25,326 bases of DNA, from contig CP070655.1 in NCBI GenBank assembly GCA_020354945.1, forward strand, positions 927,022 to 952,347. Reading direction: 5' to 3'. Positions within the stretch are counted from its first letter, which is position 1, and each line of letters starts with the position of its first letter. Below the pieces are notes generated by a model that was not told the DNA's origin, searched no databases, and was given only the letters and a program-made list of their open reading frames with translations. The translations under genes and the position numbers were made by a program. The DNA is from Candidatus Omnitrophota bacterium (GTDB taxonomy: Bacteria > Omnitrophota > Gorgyraeia > JABMRG01 > JAFGKX01). Below are positions 22,529 through 25,326 of the stretch, piece by piece.

Positions 22529-24823
22529 TTACCTGTAGAAAGCAACTTTCTTGTTCACCGGCACTCTTTTTAAAGAGCCGAAAATCCGCAAATCCAGCAT
22601 ATCTTTCTTTTTGGATTTTATAAATATGGTTACTTTATTAGCGCTCATCTTTATAGATAAAAGCCTCCCTTTCCAATACAAGTTTGCCTCAAGCTCCTTC
22701 CAATCCCCAGGCAACCTTGGATTAATGCAAAGTATTTTTCTCCTTAATCTAATACCTGCAAAACCATTTACTGCTGCCTGCCATGTCCCTCCTAACGAAG
22801 CGGCATGAATGCCGTCAGCCGGGCTGCCATGGATATCCTTAAGGTCTGCATTAGCAACAACAGTAAAATATTGTAAAGCCCCTGCTATATCTCCTGCCTC
22901 AAGAGCCGTCAGTGAATATATCGCAGGGCTAAGAGACGATTTATGCAATGTTCGGCTGTTATAAAACTTATAATTGTTTATTTTCTGCCTTAATGTGAAG
23001 TGGTCTGATAAAAGATATAGCAACATAATAACGTCAGCCTGTTTGACGAATTGGGTTTTTCCTGCAAAATCCAATGATAATTTATGGGGATAATAAGGCA
23101 TAAAATTAGAATCTAATGACTTTATCTTAATATACCTTTTCATAAAATATCCTTTAAATTGTTCTATTACTTTGTCTCTGTTGACCTTTGGCAGGGTTAT
23201 TGACGAAGCGATATGAGCCCAGTGCCTCATTTCATCTTTAGTGACTCCTATATTTTTTGAAAGGTTTGTTATTTCTTCTGGATATTTAGATTTTAATTTC
23301 CTGTATAATTTAATAGCCCGCAGGACATTCCATTTCGCCATTATATTTGTATAGGCATTGTTAGTAACATCTTCGTGAAACTCATCCGGTCCAATTACAT
23401 TTTTTATATCATATGTCTTCGTCCTTTTATTGTATTCTGCCCTGCTTGCCCAAAATCTGGCTGTTTCAAGCATCATCTCAAGGCCGTAATAAACCATGAA
23501 TTTCTCATTGCCTGTTATATTATAGTAATGAGAAACTGCATATGCTACATCGCTGGTTATGTGGTGCTCCATTTTGTCTGTTTTTATTTTAATTATACTT
23601 CCGTCTAAATCCTTATACCAGGTCGGCGTGACTTCCTTCCCTGTATCAGCAGACTCCCATGGAAACATTGCCCCTTTATAACCTTTTTCTTTTGCGATTT
23701 CTCTTGCAGCATTAAGGCGGTGATATCTATACATAAGCATATTCTCTGCAATCTTTGGGTTTGTATATGCAAAGAACGGAAACATAAATATTTCTGTATC
23801 CCAGAAGATATGGCCGCGGTAACCTTCCGAAGTCAAGGCCTTGGCCCCTATGCTTGAACGCCCGTTCTCTTCTCTGGCGGCTATTAGAAGGTGGTATATA
23901 TTAAATCTCAATGCCTTATCAGATTCCGGGTTGCCTTTTATGTTTATATTAGCAATTCTCCACTTTTTATTCCAGGCCACTCTATTATTGTTGAATAATC
24001 TATCAAAGCCGCACGTTTTAGCCCTTTTTACAGTTTTAGCGGCAGTGTCTTTTAAATGGGCTTGCCCTACATCAAAGGAGGTATAAATTGATATATATTT
24101 TTCAAAATGCACGGTCTGGCCTTTTTTTATGTGCAAGCCGTAGGTTCTCTCAGGTATCGGCATCCTTTTTCTTCCTATTTTAGCGGATAAATAAGAGGCA
24201 TAAGCTGTTTGAATCTTATTTTCATAGGTCTGGACACAGCGGTATATGACATTGTCAATCTTTGTTAATTCTATAGTCTCGGTATGATTTTTCCTTCCTT
24301 CAGTGAGCACGCCGCGATTAGTTACAGATGCGTCTATTGCAGTTTCAATAGTTATATCTGCTTCATCATCCAGAGGTTTTAATAAAATTTTCATTACTGC
24401 TAAATGCTCTTCGTCCATGCTAAAAAATCTAACCGAATTGTAATCGTATTTTCTCTTTTTGGTGTCCTGAAATACGGTTCTTCTAAATAGCGTCCCGGTC
24501 TTCATATCCAGGATACGCTTGTGACTTACTACATCCATTCCCACTACATCTATTTTTTCGCCGGTGCTTATTATTTTAAAATTTACAGGATCGGGCATAT
24601 TTACAAGCTCAGCTACCTGCGCCCCTGTAGAGTCGAAAATCCCGCTTATATAAGTGCCCGGGTAGCAATCATAGGGAGCTTCTTCTAATATACCTCTGCT
24701 TCCGATAAAGCCGTTTCCGAGCGTAAACAGGGTCTCATAAAGAGTCTGTTTTATCGGCTCCCATGAATCTTCGGTTATAAGCCACTTTTTCGCCGATATG
24801 TATTTGTTGAATACTTTAATCAT
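22529..24823 (-). CDS. GH65 glycoside phosphorylase (kojibiose/maltose/trehalose phosphorylase-like)
   Basis: ETLFTLGNG, ALRFNIYHL, AKALTSEGYRGHIFWDTE, GAMFPWES, GPDEFHE, KQAD, SSLS. Confidence 0.95.
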   Translation of the reverse strand: MIKVFNKYISAKKWLITEDSWEPIKQTLYETLFTLGNGFIGSRGILEEAPYDCYPGTYISGIFDSTGAQVAELVNMPDPVNFKIISTGEKIDVVGMDVVSHKRILDMKTGTLFRRTVFQDTKKRKYDYNSVRFFSMDEEHLAVMKILLKPLDDEADITIETAIDASVTNRGVLTEGRKNHTETIELTKIDNVIYRCVQTYENKIQTAYASYLSAKIGRKRMPIPERTYGLHIKKGQTVHFEKYISIYTSFDVGQAHLKDTAAKTVKRAKTCGFDRLFNNNRVAWNKKWRIANINIKGNPESDKALRFNIYHLLIAAREENGRSSIGAKALTSEGYRGHIFWDTEIFMFPFFAYTNPKIAENMLMYRYHRLNAAREIAKEKGYKGAMFPWESADTGKEVTPTWYKDLDGSIIKIKTDKMEHHITSDVAYAVSHYYNITGNEKFMVYYGLEMMLETARFWASRAEYNKRTKTYDIKNVIGPDEFHEDVTNNAYTNIMAKWNVLRAIKLYRKLKSKYPEEITNLSKNIGVTKDEMRHWAHIASSITLPKVNRDKVIEQFKGYFMKRYIKIKSLDSNFMPYYPHKLSLDFAGKTQFVKQADVIMLLYLLSDHFTLRQKINNYKFYNSRTLHKSSLSPAIYSLTALEAGDIAGALQYFTVVANADLKDIHGSPADGIHAASLGGTWQAAVNGFAGIRLRRKILCINPRLPGDWKELEANLYWKGRLLSIKMSANKVTIFIKSKKKDMLDLRIFGSLKRVPVNKKVAFYR

Positions 24824-25326
24824 CTTTAAACAACATAGCTATTTTTTCAAAACTTACTTCCGATAAATCAGAGACTACCGCATCAGCTTTATTCAAGCGC
24901 TCAGGCTTATTGTATCTGTCAACTCCTATGCATCTCATCCCGGCCCGTTTTGCAGCTTCTACCCCTAAAACCGCATCTTCAAAGACGACCGAGTTTACGC
25001 ATGATACATCTAACCTTTCTGCAGCCATCTGAAAAATTTGCGGGTCAGGTTTTCCTTTGGTAATATCGTGGCCGCTGATATAAGTTTCATATAGCGGATG
25101 TATATTTATCTTTTCTAAAATCAAAGGTAAATTTTTACTTGAGGATATGATGGCGGTTTTAATGCCTCTGTCTTTGAGCTGCCCCATCAGTTTAATTGTT
25201 GAATCATATGCATCTATTCCTTCGGATTTCAGGAGCTCCAGAAAATATACCTGTTTCTTATCGCAGGCCTTTTTTAATTCCTCATCCGTAACATCGGTCA
25301 ATATAGCCCTGGCCCCATCAACCCGG
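24816..25326 (-). CDS. pgmB: Beta-phosphoglucomutase-like HAD hydrolase (5' end outside the window)
   Basis: The frame is open to the window edge (RVDGARAILTD...); SSSKN, GKPDPQIF, VFEDAVLGVEAA; overlaps the GH65 start. Confidence 0.85.
   Translation of the reverse strand, partial: RVDGARAILTDVTDEELKKACDKKQVYFLELLKSEGIDAYDSTIKLMGQLKDRGIKTAIISSSKNLPLILEKINIHPLYETYISGHDITKGKPDPQIFQMAAERLDVSCVNSVVFEDAVLGVEAAKRAGMRCIGVDRYNKPERLNKADAVVSDLSEVSFEKIAMLFKDD

Noticed and set aside
922-24086. Numerous plus-strand ORFs and nested minus-strand ORFs in the ORF track
   Set aside because: They are antisense or alternate-frame shadows of well-supported minus-strand genes, with no recognisable motifs; several start in palindromic repeat DNA.
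1-25326. All genes on one strand
   Set aside because: Consistent with ordinary leading-strand gene bias; internal promoters show it is not a single operon.

Overview
AT-rich bacterial chromosomal segment with about 25 housekeeping-type genes, all on the minus strand. The gene content is reminiscent of Omnitrophota or other anaerobic diderms, but this is an unverified impression. In transcription order (right to left): partial beta-phosphoglucomutase, GH65 phosphorylase, CBS protein, GT4 glycosyltransferase, UvrD/PcrA-like helicase, half-size TauE/SafE, glycine-rich secreted protein, membrane/spermidine-synthase-like fusion, Pcm, alpha/beta-hydrolase, APC permease-PTS EIIA fusion, M48 peptidase, AmrS radical SAM, DUF3047, small membrane protein, HEAT protein, GMP synthase subunit B, Cys1-less PurF-like protein, DUF523, membrane hydrolase-like protein, Mth938-like protein, YbhB/YbcL, RNase Z-like MBL hydrolase, aldo/keto reductase, SGNH lipoprotein and a partial SPL-like protein. 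No rRNA, tRNA, CRISPR array or transposase was seen. The most striking unexplained signal is a dense set of about 10 short palindromic elements of several subfamilies, many sharing GGGGAC...GTCCCC ends. They sit at gene junctions, occupy ribosome-binding-site positions and supply stop codons. One 69-bp copy is inserted in frame in the pcm N-terminus, like Rickettsia palindromic elements. Two unannotated small ORFs (36 aa basic, 30 aa single-TM) and a glutaminase-less PurF/GuaA pair also deserve follow-up.
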